From the NCBI GenBank assembly GCA_951406725.2, contig OX597815.1, positions 131,006,001 to 131,070,000 of the forward strand: DNA of 64,000 bases, read 5' to 3'. A program made the position numbers and the translations under genes. This DNA is from Octopus vulgaris (taxonomy: Eukaryota). This document shows positions 38,610 to 52,282 of this stretch, piece by piece; within the stretch, counting starts at the first letter, position 1, and every line of letters starts with the position of its first letter. Below the pieces are notes generated by a model. The model had not been told where the DNA came from and ran no database searches. It saw nothing but the letters and a program-made list of their open reading frames with translations.

Positions 38610-38980
38610 TTCCAAGATGGCCTAAAAATGTCAATATTGACGAATGTTTTGGGAGACCCGCAACCAGCAGAACTGAGAATAAATTGCAGATGTGTGTGCA
38701 GCTGTGAGACAAAATCGTCGAGTCACCATCAGTGAGTTATCAGAGGATGTGCAGATTAGTTGTGATTCAGTTCAGTCCATTATCACTGAAGATTTGGGTA
38801 TGAGACGCGTGTCTGCTAAGTTTGCGCCAAAACTGCTTCCAGTTGACCAAAAGGCCACTCGGGTTTCAGTTGCATAACATCTTGATTGTGTCGAGAACGA
38901 TGAAAAAATTTTGAAAACTTTGTGTAGGCTTCTGGACATGTATCGCTAAGCTTTTGGCAAAATTTGATGCAGATTTTTTG
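38610..38980 (+). mobile_element. Mariner transposase N-terminal remnant
   Basis: VRQNRRVTISELSEDVQIS...EDLGMRRVSAKFAPKLL (WVPHEL-equivalent). Confidence 0.85.
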
Positions 38981-39212
38981 CTAGTTTATTTTGTCCTTTT
39001 GTCTTCTCTCCTGGAGCTGTATGAACATTTAATCTGGTTTTAGAGTCAAGTTTTGGCTGCTATTTCCAGCATGGTGGTATCTCTTAGATACCCTAAATTA
39101 TAATTTTAATAATAATTATTACCTTTCAAGGTTTTTATTCCCATGCTGGCCAATAAGATCAATATTTAAATTAACGATCTTATCATATATATACATGGAT
39201 GGATTTATAGAT

Positions 39213-41656
39213 ATAAGCAGTCTAGTCCGGCATTGCCCGGGATTAAGTAAAATTATTAAACTAATCAAGCTCTTTGTTTCAAATCAAACTAAGTAACACG
39301 GACGTCAAATTTGAGCGAAATCCGTTGAAATTGGTAAACGTTTAGCTAAAAATGGGTTGCAGACAATTTGATTGGGAACTCCCATAAGGAATCGGTTTAT
39401 CGAGTTTTTCACTCATTGATTATATATTTTTTTTTTTGAGAACTTAAAGCATTCAAAGATCCCATGTGTTCTAAGTAACGCCGGCATCAAGTTTAAACAA
39501 AACAAAATACATCAAAATTGGTAAATGTTATGGTTGAAAATACGGTGAAGCCAATTTTAGTGAGAAATTCTATAAGGAATCGGTTTATCGATTTTTCATC
39601 CTGATTGAATGGAAAACCCCATAAGGAATCAAGTTATTTGATTTTCACCCCAAATAGGACTTAACTGAACACAACATTGCTGATTCAAAAAATCTATATT
39701 TATACTTTAAAGTTGGTTTTCACACCCAACCCAGTTCTGCAGAATCAGTGTCGCGACAAGAACGCATGTGTTGGGAGGTTGTCCGGCAGAGGTGATCAGG
39801 TTGCACATGGTGGCCCTTTCGACCCCCCCCACCATCTAACCCCACTTGATCCATGGGTTGAGAGCCCTTCCAGCAAGGGAAATAGAACGCCCAAAAGGGC
39901 TCCCGATCCTGTGTCAGAAGAGGTTATGTTTGGATCACAACTAAACCTTAACCTAAGCCTAAGTTAACCTAGCGAAAGGGGCTCAGAAGCCTCTGAAAGG
40001 CAGCAACTAACCCCGATCTAGACCTAACCCCCTCCAAGGGGTACTATCGGTCAAGGCTGCATCGAAGATATGCATTGGGAAAGGTTGCCTAGGAGATCTG
40101 CATCGAAGATCTGCTTTGGAGAAGGTTGCATCAAAGGTTTGCACGCTATTATATATATATATGTGTGTGTGGAAAATTTATTTCTGTAAAATGTTGGGAG
40201 TGGGTAAAATTTCCGAGGCTTCCACTCCGTTTTTCTGACCCAAAATGAGTTTTGTAGCATATTAGGAGGTCATAGGAATTTTGCAGCATATTAGGTCATA
40301 GGAATTCATTCAACGAAAAAAATTCCAATGAAAATAAAGGATTTGCAGCATATTAGGAGGTCAGGGTACTTGATTTCACGCAAAAAAAAATTCAAATTTT
40401 TATTTTTGTTCCGTAGGGAAAATCGTATGGGTGAAAAGATCAATAGGGATGGGGGTGAAATTTCCGAGGCTTCAACCTCACTCCACCCCGTTTTTCGCCC
40501 CCCCCCCAAAAAAAACCGGTTTTGTAGCACATTAGGAGATCACAGGAATTCATTCAATGAAAAAAAAAAATTTCCAATGATTTCACGCAAAAAAAAAATC
40601 ATATATTTTTTCCTTAATGAAAATCGTATGGATGAAAAGATCAATGGGGATGGGGGTGAAATTTTACCCCACCCCGTTTTCCGGACCCCAAAAACAGTTT
40701 TGTAGCACATTAGGAGGTTACAGGAATTCATTCAACGAAAAAAAAATTCCATTGATTCCAGGATGGGGGTTTCTACCCTACTCCACTTTTCTCCGAACCA
40801 AAATAAGGGATTTGCAGCATATATTAGGTGGGGGGCAGGATACTTGATTCAACGCAAAAAATCCGAGTGTTTTTTTTTAGTGAAAATCGTGCGGGTGTTA
40901 ATCTAAAAATTTACCCTTTGTTTTTCTTTCTCACCATTGCTAGAAAGGTGACTTAACTTATATTAGCAAACTTATAGATTTCACCAACGTAGGAAATGGT
41001 AAAAGTTATGGTTGAAAATCAATTTTTGCCACTATCCGCGGGTGTCTCGGAGAAAATAAGTTGACAAAAACACAGCCATGATCGTGACCAATGTCCTAAA
41101 ATTGGAGCGACATGCGTGCTAATTTGTGGACGGGCATAAATTACATTCACGTACACACACACAAACATCATGCCTTTTATAGATAAATAGATAAATAAGT
41201 GATTTGAAATAAAATGTATTTTAATTGTTGTGTGAGAAAGTATATATAATCTGATTATAAAACATAGTGTCTTTCAAAAACATCGTAAATATGAAGACTA
41301 TATCTCGTGTTTAAGAAAAAAATAACATTTTACATTTTTATTTTTGATGTACGCTGTCACTTACTCTATCTCCCTCACAAACATACTCACACACACACAC
41401 ACCTCAACACACCACTTCTCTCTCCCTCACACACACGCACACACACTTTCACTCCACTATAGCAAGAAGGGGACTTAACCCATGTTAGCAAACTTCGAAA
41501 TTGGTAAAAGTTATGGTTGAAAATCGATTTTTACCGCTATCCGCGGGTGCCTCGGGAAAAATAAGTTGACAAACCCTAGCTAGGATTGTGATGAATGTTC
41601 TCCTAAAATTGGAGCGACATGCGTGCTAATTTGTGGACGTGCATAAATTATATTCA

Positions 41657-41695
<39 letters not shown>

Positions 41696-41719
41696 CCTAC
41701 CTTTTATATATACAGATAC
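39213..41719 (-). mobile_element. Non-autonomous Helitron with duplicated 5' end and internal tandem repeats
   Basis: 3' hairpin CCCGGGCAATGCCGG; 5' TC(TATATA)AAAGG-type termini at ~41719 and ~41192; internal repeats 40190-40860. Confidence 0.75.
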
Positions 41720-44700
41720 ATTCGTATGCATATGAGTGAAAGATGAAATCATTGGCAAGAAAACCTATAAGTTAATGCTTTGGTAAAAAAAAAAAAAAAG
41801 ATAGTATTTATTCAGACCGAGTTGAATAGAAATTCCCTTGGCATTCTTAGCATCTTATTTGCAGTGAACCAGTGAAATAAATGCAATATGAAATAAATAT
41901 GTATACGAATGTCTGATATTATACCTGAATGCTTAAAATATATTAAGAGTTGCTGCAAAATGTTAATCAGATTAGATTTCGTACAGTTTAGCAAGTTAAA
42001 GAGTCAGGATGTGGACTTGACCAGCGAAAATTCACCTGTTCCATATCTTTTCTTAAGCAGTCTAGAGCTCTTAACAAACAAATTATATTGTATGAATACA
42101 TGTCACAAATTTTAACAAGATAAAATTACATGGTTTATGATAGACTATAATTCATTATTTATTTTTGACATTTAGATTTCTGTTCAATAACACCACTTCA
42201 CTATATCAATGATCGTATATGTGTGTGTGTTTGTGTGCATATGTATGTATATATATATAAGCATATACATATAAGCATATGTATATATGTACATGTAAAT
42301 ATGTATATATGTGTGTATTTCCATCTGCATATGCGTATATACACACATATATACGCTTTCTTATATGTTTATATACATATATATGTAAATGTGTATACAT
42401 ACATATTTACATATATGCATACATAAACACACATACAGGCACACATACTTTCGTTGCTTAAACAACCCACTTTTTAAAATATGAATACAAAACTATGAAT
42501 ATTCATTTAAAGTTGGATATATTTGACATCGTTTCACTTGAAAAAGATTAAATCTTCAAATATCGAAGCTTTTATTAGAAGATGGTGTAGTTCTTTCTTT
42601 TTGGTGTAATGTGAACATGGCTGAATGGTTAAGAAGTTTGCTTCTCTGCCACACAAATTTAAGTTCAATCCCACATTATACCTTGGCCAGTGTCTTCTAC
42701 TATCTACAGATCAAAACTTTGTGAGCAATGATGATATTTCTGTGCTTCTTAGCACAATATTTCTGTACTTGTGTGGGTGTTTGTATATCTTCTAACATAG
42801 CGTGATAGTTGCAAAGTGAGTGTCACCGTTATATAAGCATTGTTTCTACCTTTCTAATCTGTCTATCAATCTATCTATCTATCTATCTATCTATCTATAT
42901 ATCTGTCTGCCTGTCTGTCTGTCTGTCTATGTCGGAAGTTAAACTTAGGGTAAGCTTTAATAGGTTAGGGATAAAAAGGACTATTGAATTAGATGTAGGC
43001 ATCAGTAGTTTTATCGTACACTGAGGAAATTATAGAGTCGTACTTTTGATGAGGACATTTCTAAGGAAAGAAAAATTATATGGAGGTGTTCACGATAGAA
43101 GTAAATTTCAGAGCAGAGTAAATGTTGCACACAAGGACAGTGAAAGAAAATGTTTGTCTGGATTAGATTGTCTGATGGAGCCATCAATCTATAGCAAGAG
43201 TGTCAAACATATAACCTGCAAGCCGAATACATCTTGTGTCAACGTTTAATCCAGCTCTGTTGCAATTTTAGAAAAAAAGAATCTTTTCAATTTAAAAATA
43301 ATCTGTAAAACATATCTAGCGTTAGCATGTGTTCACAATCAGAGCTCAACTTAAACCATGATCAACACTGATTCCAGTTACTCAAATCAGTTCACCATAG
43401 AGAAATTTTTGTCATTTCAACAAATGAAAAAGAAGACTATCACTTCACATACTAATAGTTATGAGCTGTTTTCTCTTTACTTTCACATGGAACTAGAAAT
43501 GAAGTTTTTTTTTTTTCAAATTTAAGCACATGTTCATTCAAATGGGTTCTAGTGATATGAATGGTCCAGAAAGATTTAGGGGTTGAAACAGTGCAAGCTT
43601 TTTATCATGCATTGACATTTTATTTAGAACTATATGCATTCTGTTGAACAATTTCTATCTCCATTCTCATTCAAAAGATATTTACTTAATAGGACCATAC
43701 GTATACTGTGTAGATGAATTTTTCTCACATATCTCTACATGCAACTTTTGCTAACATTTCACATTCTTCCTCCCCACTTTTTTTTTTTATAAAACATAAC
43801 CCCTTTATCCATGTATTTTAGCCTACATTATGAATTGGGTTTTTAGGAATAACTTCCGCTGTCCTGCCCCTGAGATCTAGTTTATGCTTCAGTCCAGCCT
43901 GAAAAGCCAAATATGTTTGGCACCTCTGGGTTATAGAGTTAAAGACTGGCTTTAAGAATCTGTCGAAAATTAATATGTTGATGTATTTATAGCCAGATCT
44001 AGTCATGAATCCTCTCGTGCTGATTTGAAAGAGAAGTGGTTCAGAGTTAGTGCTAATTTTGTTAGTAAAAGGAGTTTTGAGAGGCTGTTTAAATTATATT
44101 TTGTTGGCATGCAATATTGAGGTCAAATCTTTTATAGGATAAGTTCTTGTTATATGGAAAGAAGTTGGCAACAAGAACAAAAACAACAAATTGAATACAT
44201 CATTAACAACAACATCTATGTTGTTTCTACTTGTGCGGATGTCACTCCTTGTTGGATGGATAAAAATCCAACCACCCCCACATGTACATTCGCACACATT
44301 CATCTATACACACACACATTGCATGGTATACAAACAAGCATCAATTTGGACAGATAATTTTATTGGCCTCTAAGCAATAGCCAATCAAAACGGTAACATT
44401 TGTTCACAGAAACACATTAATTCCTTCCAAATTTTAACACATATTGCTGCCAGTTAAGAAATTCCCTTCCTAAATTGATGCCGTTTGTGCATTGGTATAT
44501 ATGTCGGTTGTGGTTTTTGTCTATTTATTTTGTAGTTTGAAATTGTTTTCACAGAATGAAAGTTAATGAATGTTTGGTGAAGAAAAACCCATTTATATTG
44601 TAAATAAAAGATCTCCAATTACTATAGATATCATCAAGAAACTCCCGATATTGACACCTACTGTTGTTTCCCACAGCCATTATATACGATCTGACTTTGG

Positions 44701-45017
44701 AATAAACCTTTTTGAAGACACTCTTTATCAAAGGAAATTGGGATGGATATAAATATATATATATATATATGCTGTGTATTACCCATTATCTTTCCTTCTA
44801 TTGATTTGTAGCGAATAACACAGAATCTTCATCTTCCTCATCACCTTTCCACTTCCTCTTGATCCTGCTCCTGCCGCTTCCCTTCTCCCTCTCCTCTTCC
44901 TATTCATTATCATCATTGTCATTACTCCATTGTAAATACAGGTTTTATCATAGTTACTACAACAGTATTGCAGTGTCTTTGGGCAAAGTTTGTTCTGCAA
45001 TACTTTCACAGTATACA

Positions 45018-45061
<44 letters not shown>

Positions 45062-45063
<2 letters not shown>

Positions 45064-45397
45064 CATCATCATCATCATCGTTTAACGTCCGCTTTCCATG
45101 CTAGCATGGGTTGGACAATTTGACTGAGGACTGGCAAACTAGATGGCTGCACCAGGCTCCAATCTGATCTGGCAGAGTTTCTACAGCTGGATGCCCTTCC
45201 TAACGTCAACCATTTTGAGAGTGTAGTGGGTGCTTTTATGTGTCAATGGCACAAGGGCCAGTCAGACTGTACTGGCAATGGCCACACTCAAATGGTGTTT
45301 TTTACGTGCCACCTCCACAGGAGCCAGTGGCACTGGCAATGACCTCGCTCAAATGTTTTTCACATGCCACTGGCAGAAGTGCCAGTAAGGTGACGCT

Positions 45398-45400
<3 letters not shown>
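45062..45400 (-). mobile_element. RTE-tail SINE
   Basis: Same family as 1538-2022. Confidence 0.88.
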
Positions 45401-45483
<83 letters not shown>

Positions 45484-45701
45484 ATATATATATATATAGC
45501 TGGTAGTATTTTCATCAAAGCTAGTGATGAGATAATCAATGCACTAATGGCAACATAATCACCACCGTCATCATCATCATCATCATAATCACTGTTGTCA
45601 TCATCATCATCATCAATCATCATCATCATTGTCAATCATCATCATCATCAGCATCATCATCGTCATCGTCATCATCACTGCAGCTGCTGCTGCTACTACT
45701 G

Positions 45702-45759
<58 letters not shown>

Positions 45760-45761
45760 CA

Positions 45762-45807
<46 letters not shown>

Positions 45808-45823
45808 CATCATCATCATTATT
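45400..45823. repeat. Compound (TA)n/(GAT)n/(CAT)n/(TAT)n arrays
   Basis: Direct inspection. Confidence 0.95.
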
Positions 45824-46357
45824 GAGTGAGAGAGCAGTGCATGACATCAAAGTGACACTGGGGTAAAATATATGAAACCCAGTATACCCATCATGACTAC
45901 CCATCTGAGAAGAGTACACCAGGCACATACGTCACAACCCTATGTGCATGATGTATCAAGATAAATGGCTCATGATTTTGCAGGTGGGGGCTCATCTAGA
46001 ATTTTCTTCAGGTGAAGTAGCCCATCCAGCTCAAAAGGTCCCTAAATAAGGGTTGTTTAAGGATGCTGAACGAAACACCCATGTTTCCAGAGGTGAATTA
46101 TCCACACCCCAAAGAATTCCTCCCAACACATGACTATGACACTCCCCCACTACTTCTACTCATTATAGAAATATACATATCATCAACCACTAAGGGACAT
46201 GCTCAGCTGGTTAAGGTCAAACAACTGACAAGCAAATCTGTGTTATTGAGCAGAATATTTGCTGTAGCCTATTTTTTATACCCAAAACAAAACAATGTAC
46301 ATGATAACACTTCCAATCAGTTAAGATGAGAAGCCATGAGAGCCACTGCCTGGTACT

Positions 46358-46358
<1 letters not shown>
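45824..46358 (-). mobile_element. Interspersed element inserted in a (TAA)n array
   Basis: Flanked on both sides by (TAT)n; its end CCATGAGAGCCA recurs at 46599-46610. Confidence 0.5.
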
Positions 46359-46399
<41 letters not shown>

Positions 46400-46403
<4 letters not shown>

Positions 46404-46626
46404 TTCATTACACAGTGTCTTCAGTCATCTGTCAAGTCACAACAAGGACCTTAGACAGATAATACTTTCCTTAAGATGTCTGCTGTGCCCAATAAGGTTG
46501 CTTTTTGCAAGACATGCATGGGATTTCCAGTTGCCTTAAGAAGCCTCGAAGTTTCAATAGGATTGAGCCCAGCGCTCCGATCACCACTGATCAAAAACCA
46601 TGAGAGCCAGCGCTCTATCAGGGCAT
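46400..46626 (-). mobile_element. R4/Dong-type LINE 3' end with (TAA)n tail
   Basis: VVIGALG...LQKATLLGTADILRKVL C-terminal motif. Confidence 0.8.
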
Positions 46627-46651
46627 TTTCTCTCTATATCTTCTAGGTGGG

Positions 46652-46833
46652 AGATGGGCTGAATCCTGGAAGTACTGCAATACCAGGTCAACCCATGGCA
46701 AAGGTGGAGGAAGCCTCTAACTCTTCACCTTATTCAAAAAAATCAGTTTAATATTGATGGCTCCAAATACGAACTGTATCAGATATAAAGCTGGTAAGAA
46801 CAGATACTACACTTTGATCTTAGCAAAAAAGCT
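46652..46833 (-). pseudogene. U2: U2 snRNA pseudogene (lacks first ~10 nt)
   Basis: GCTAAGATCAAAGTGTAGTATCTGTTCTT (branch-point pairing GUAGUA), Sm site ATTTTTTTG, 3' stem-loop GACCTGGTATTGCAGTACTTCCAGG. Confidence 0.92.
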
Positions 46834-47040
46834 ATTATCGTTATTATAATTATTATTCTTCATTATTCAAAGCTCATTTTTCATATGCTGGTATAAGTTG
46901 GATTATTTGAAAGGAACAGGCAAGCCAGTGGCCTGTACCAAACTCCATTGTCTACATTGGCAATATTTCTATGGCTTGATACCCTTCCTAATATTTCTAA
47001 GGCTTGATACCCTTCCTAATGCTATTGCACAAAATATTTT

Positions 47041-47480
47041 GCTGTTTACCTTCTATCATAGTCACCACCACAGAAGAGAGAAGGAGAGCAGGAGTGAATA
47101 CAAGTAGAAGTCGGTGCAAGAGAGGAGAGGTGGGTGGGAGGAAGTAGGTGTGAGGGAAGAGAGGTGAGGGGAGGAGAGTTGAACCCATGTGGCACAAAGG
47201 AGCGAAGAGAGAAGATTAATCCCTGTTTGTGGCACAAACGGGAGTCCGGATGGCCCCTGTGCAAGGACAATCTGAACACGGACAGGTGATGCAAAGAGTG
47301 ACTGGTAGAGTAGAAATGGCGCAAGACTGAAGTGCCATTGCTGAGTCAGATGTCTTGGAGGTGTTCTGCGAACCGGTCAGCCAAGTGGCATCCCATTTGC
47401 CTGATGTATAGAGAAGGGCAGAGAGAACAGGAGATGCAGTAGATGATACAGGTAGAAGTACAGGTGAAGGAGTCTGTCAT

Positions 47481-47482
<2 letters not shown>
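47041..47482 (-). mobile_element. Penelope-like GIY-YIG endonuclease fragment
   Basis: FTCTSTCIIYCISCSLCPSLYIRQMG..LADRFAEHLQDI...RHF...LIFSL...PHGFN. Confidence 0.9.
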
Positions 47483-47521
<39 letters not shown>

Positions 47522-47598
47522 TTCCTTTCCTGAGCATCTGCTAATATATTACATGTACCACGTCCTTACATTGCTGTTTCTTTGGGTTTGTTCTTTTT

Positions 47599-47647
<49 letters not shown>

Positions 47648-48739
47648 AAATACACGTGCACACTCATACACACACACATATATATGGATAAATAGATAGA
47701 TATAAATAATGAAGGTGTGATGGGATTTCAGCTGGGACACTTTTGATCACATATCTGCTTCCTGATGGTTGACCTGGGGCTAAACAACAACAATACTACT
47801 GTGTACAGAATGAGAAATATGATGGCATATGAAGGAGGAATGTAGCTGTGTGGGTTTCTAACAAATAACATTTTAGAATTTCAAAATAAAAATAAAAAAA
47901 TTCATTAATTACTTCCATGCTGACAATTTACAAAAAACATCAACAACTAAGTAACTGAACAAGCAATCCCCAAATCTTGGCAGATATTTATTTTATCCAT
48001 TGCTCATTGTTGATCGCTTATTCCTGTTATTCTCAGAAGCCATTTTTATGAATTGTAGGAAAATAAAAGGCTGAGCTAAATTTGGCATAAATACAAAAAC
48101 TGAGAACTGATACTTGCCAACTCTGGTATGGTCAAAGAGCTGAATCAATGAACTGGTATAAATCCACTGCTTCACAAACCCAGTAAACAAAAACAAAAGT
48201 CAAAAGAACTTATGAAAGAATGTAAGATATAACCAGTTATTAACAGCGTGAAAGCATTTTTTATAAGAAATATAATATTGTTGTTCGTGAGTTGAAATAG
48301 ACCCACAAGCAGTAAATATTATGAGTAATATTATTACCACTGCCAAATATGTAGTAATATCAATTCTCATTGCTCTTATTACAAAAAAAAAAAGAAAACT
48401 CCACAAAAGTTTAATATAAAATTCTGGCTTTTGACTCACTGTATATAGAAAAATTTGTGTTGTGCTTAGGCATGAACAACAGAATCCCAATATCCGTATT
48501 TTTCACAATTCAATCTAATTGAGTAATTACTTTGAGGCTGGTTAATAATATTTAGTTGTGTATTTATTTGTTGTTTATGGTAAATAGGAGTTAGTTGTGT
48601 GTAAACATGAAAGCGAATAAATACTTGTAGCTGTACACAATTTCACATTCACGTGTAATGTTCATCAGTTTTATATAAATCCTCACATGTCTCTGGGATT
48701 CACTTTTGTATGCTTACATGTTTGTGTGTATGCATATAA

Positions 48740-48781
<42 letters not shown>

Positions 48782-48810
48782 GTATATTTATATACACACA
48801 TGTATATATA

Positions 48811-49693
48811 CAGGGTGCGGGGAATAAATTGTCATCTAAATTATGCAAAAATGAAAATAAAATTGACATCTCATTTTAACAGACATATTTACCAAAATTA
48901 CATATAAATATCTTGAAATATTAAAGAGTAAATTTATTCAATAAAATCGCCATTGGCTACAACCATGGCTTCTAGATGACTTCAGAATCTCCTGCAACTC
49001 TTCTAGACAGTTTCCTTGTTTAACTTGGTGAATGCTGCCATAATCCTTGCCTTCAGTTCATCTTTGGTGTTACAAGGTGTTTTGTTGGTCTCTTGCACAA
49101 CTGCAACTCACACATGATAAAGGGGGTTGCAGTCTGGGGAGTTAGGTGGCCAGATATTAGGAGTGTGATTGCAGAAATTGTCTGACAGCCATGACTGGGT
49201 TCTCCTGCTAGTGTTGCATGGTGCAAAGTCCTGTTGCCAGACATACTGTCTTCCAGCAGCCACCTTCTTGACCCAGAACAGCACTACCTCCTCCATGCAC
49301 TTGATGTAGGCCTCCATGTTGAGTGTGAGGCCGTGTGGGAAGATGAATGGAGGCATAATGTCGCCATTACTAGTGATCACTCCAAATACCATGATGTTGA
49401 CTGGATGTTTGATTTTTATCACTCTTGGTACATGTCCTCAGATTGTACTGTCCTCAGATTGACACCCAAATACTCTGAAATGTTCGTCTTAGAGCTTCCA
49501 GCACAAATGCCAAGCAGAACAGCATGTCGTTTCTAAATTTCTGGCAGAGTGAATTGTGTCATGGTGCAGTTTTTCTCACAGATGGTGTGCAACTGACCCT
49601 ACTATACTGTGTAGTCAACAAAATCAAAAGCAAACAATGCACATGTGTGAAATAAAATATATAACATGGCAAAAATTTACCCATTGCACCCTG
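48811..49693 (-). mobile_element. Tc1/mariner element (DD37D/maT-like), internally deleted
   Basis: TA-CAGGGTGC...GCACCCTG-TA; KHPVNIMVFG...WQQDFAP...WPPNSPDCNPL. Confidence 0.9.
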
Positions 49694-49717
49694 TATGTAT
49701 ATGTATATGTATATGTG

Positions 49718-49749
<32 letters not shown>

Positions 49750-49759
49750 TGTATGTATA

Positions 49760-49805
<46 letters not shown>

Positions 49806-49840
49806 AAAGTTTTGATAAAAATTTTCTACACACATCAGGC

Positions 49841-50092
<252 letters not shown>

Positions 50093-50617
50093 ATGCGTGA
50101 CATACGTAAAAAAATTTTATCAAACTTTATATATGTGTGTGTTTGTGTGTGTGCACACATGTGATTAGTATGTTATGTCACACACAGTAGCATGTACAAT
50201 AACAAAAAGAACAGAAGTCAATAAAAAAATGAAGAGTCGTATCCTATTTAAAACTGAGAGTTTCATTAATCTTTACTCTGAGTTTCTTGCTTTGAACATT
50301 CCGAAGGAAGTTTTTTTTTGAGAGAGTTATTATTAAATTCAACCTTGGCGAGTCCAAGGTAAAACTTCAGTGAAGGGTTGTTGCATAAGTGAATGCAGCT
50401 CAGTAAAGCACATGAAGTGAACAGTTGCTAGGGTTATCACAAAGGTAGGTACAGGATTTGAATTGTGGTTCTTATTGTCAGTAATCCTTTTAGTGTAGTG
50501 CTTCTAATACAAGCGGCCAAATTGAGTAGAGTTGGCTTACTTTATTGTGGCTCCTGTTTATTATTTTATGATAACCTGTAGCATGCCAGAAATGGCAGTG
50601 GGAAATTAGCTTGAAGG

Positions 50618-51030
50618 GACCAGTCAGTGCATTGTGTTCTTCTACAAAACACTTCATTTCACGTTGCTCCAGTCCATTCAGCTGGCAAAAGGGAGCAACC
50701 CTTTGACAGACTGGTGTCCTGTCCAGATGGGGAATACATATATGCCATGAAAACAGGAAACTGGCCCTTATGAGTCAGTATGACGCATGAAGGTAACTTT
50801 ATTTTGTGTGTGTGGGGGGCATGTGGTTTAGTGGTTAAGGTGTTTGGCTCTTGATTGTAAGATTGTGGTTCCAGTTCCTGAACTGGGTGATGTGTTCTTG
50901 AGCAAAACACTTCATTTCACACTGCTCCAGTCCACTCAGCTGGCAAAGAGGAGCAGTCCTGAGATGGACTGATGTCCTGTCAGAACTCAAAAATCTGGTC
51001 TTATGACTCAGGAAGGAGTATTACCTTTTA
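50618..51030 (+). mobile_element. Two tandem SINE family B copies
   Basis: Homology to 9979-10226. Confidence 0.85.
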
Positions 51031-52211
51031 TTCATCCTCCCTGGCTACGTTAATTTTTATAGTGAGAAAAAGGCAAGATTATGCTATAAAATGCCACATT
51101 TTCTACTCTTTTATCTTGAATCATTAGTGTTTGACATATACTAAGCTCTTCAGTAAAGCCATTGCTTTATTCAGTGCTACATTTGTAGAATAGAAATATA
51201 TTTAACAGTCACAACAGTTAACTGATCCTCTACAATTACAAATGTTACCTCCAACAGAATGTCACCCTATTATATAAAAGCATTATCTGATCTTCTACAG
51301 AGAGTTGAATAAAATCCTGTGAAATCATTTTGGGATTTACATTGGGTACTGTAGAACATTAGCAAATAGTTGTACTAATACAGCTAGATAAAAGAAATCC
51401 CTGCTAGATATTGGTAATAAATGTTCTGTGAAGTAACTGTTGAGGTAGTGGGCAGATTAACTGATGTAAAGAATATAGACCAATGTTGGAATGTATAATC
51501 TGTATGCAAATGTATAGGATTTGGTGGTCAATGACTGACAGTCATTGATAAAATAAGAAGGAATACACAAATTCAAAGGTGTGACTTTGTGTAGGAGTGA
51601 CTATAAGTGCAGTGTATGTACAACTACCCCCCACACTCACTCATACACATCTGACAGGGCACTTTAGTTTGCTAATGGCAAGGCAACTGCAATAGCATTA
51701 GTGCAAAGAAAAATGCAACCAGTATACTATGTAAAGTGATTGGTGTTATGAAGTGCATCTGACTGTAAAAATCATGCCAGAACTGAGACATTAGAGGTGG
51801 TTCTCCAATACATCAAAACACCCAACAAATGCAGAAGAGAAAATGGACATAAAATGATGACAATGGTGATGATGATATGCCTGATAGAATGCACCATAGA
51901 ACATATCTAGAGATTTCTTTTTATATCCAACACTATATGGGAAAACTGATGTAAACTTCCATTTATGTACACAATATGTTCATGAAAAGAAAAACAAACA
52001 ACGCTCTTATATACTGCATATTTTGAAAATTGCTTGGAGTATATTAAGTAGCTTTGCATCTTACTTTGCAGGTAGTTTGAATATTATGTGGCTGGTGTGT
52101 TTAGTGAAGTCTTTCATTGAGAAACAAAACATACCAGTAATTTAGTATATATATATAATAATAATATAAATAATATATATATATATGTATATGCATATAT
52201 ATATATGTATA

Positions 52212-52273
<62 letters not shown>

Positions 52274-52282
52274 TATATATAC

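Noticed and set aside
44549-44752. Possible coding exon after TTTTCACAG
   Set aside because: No recognisable domain and no clear donor; short ORFs on both strands are compatible with chance.
46652-46833. Functional U2 gene
   Set aside because: The 5' ATCGCTTCTC is missing and the upstream sequence is a TAA tract with no recognisable promoter.
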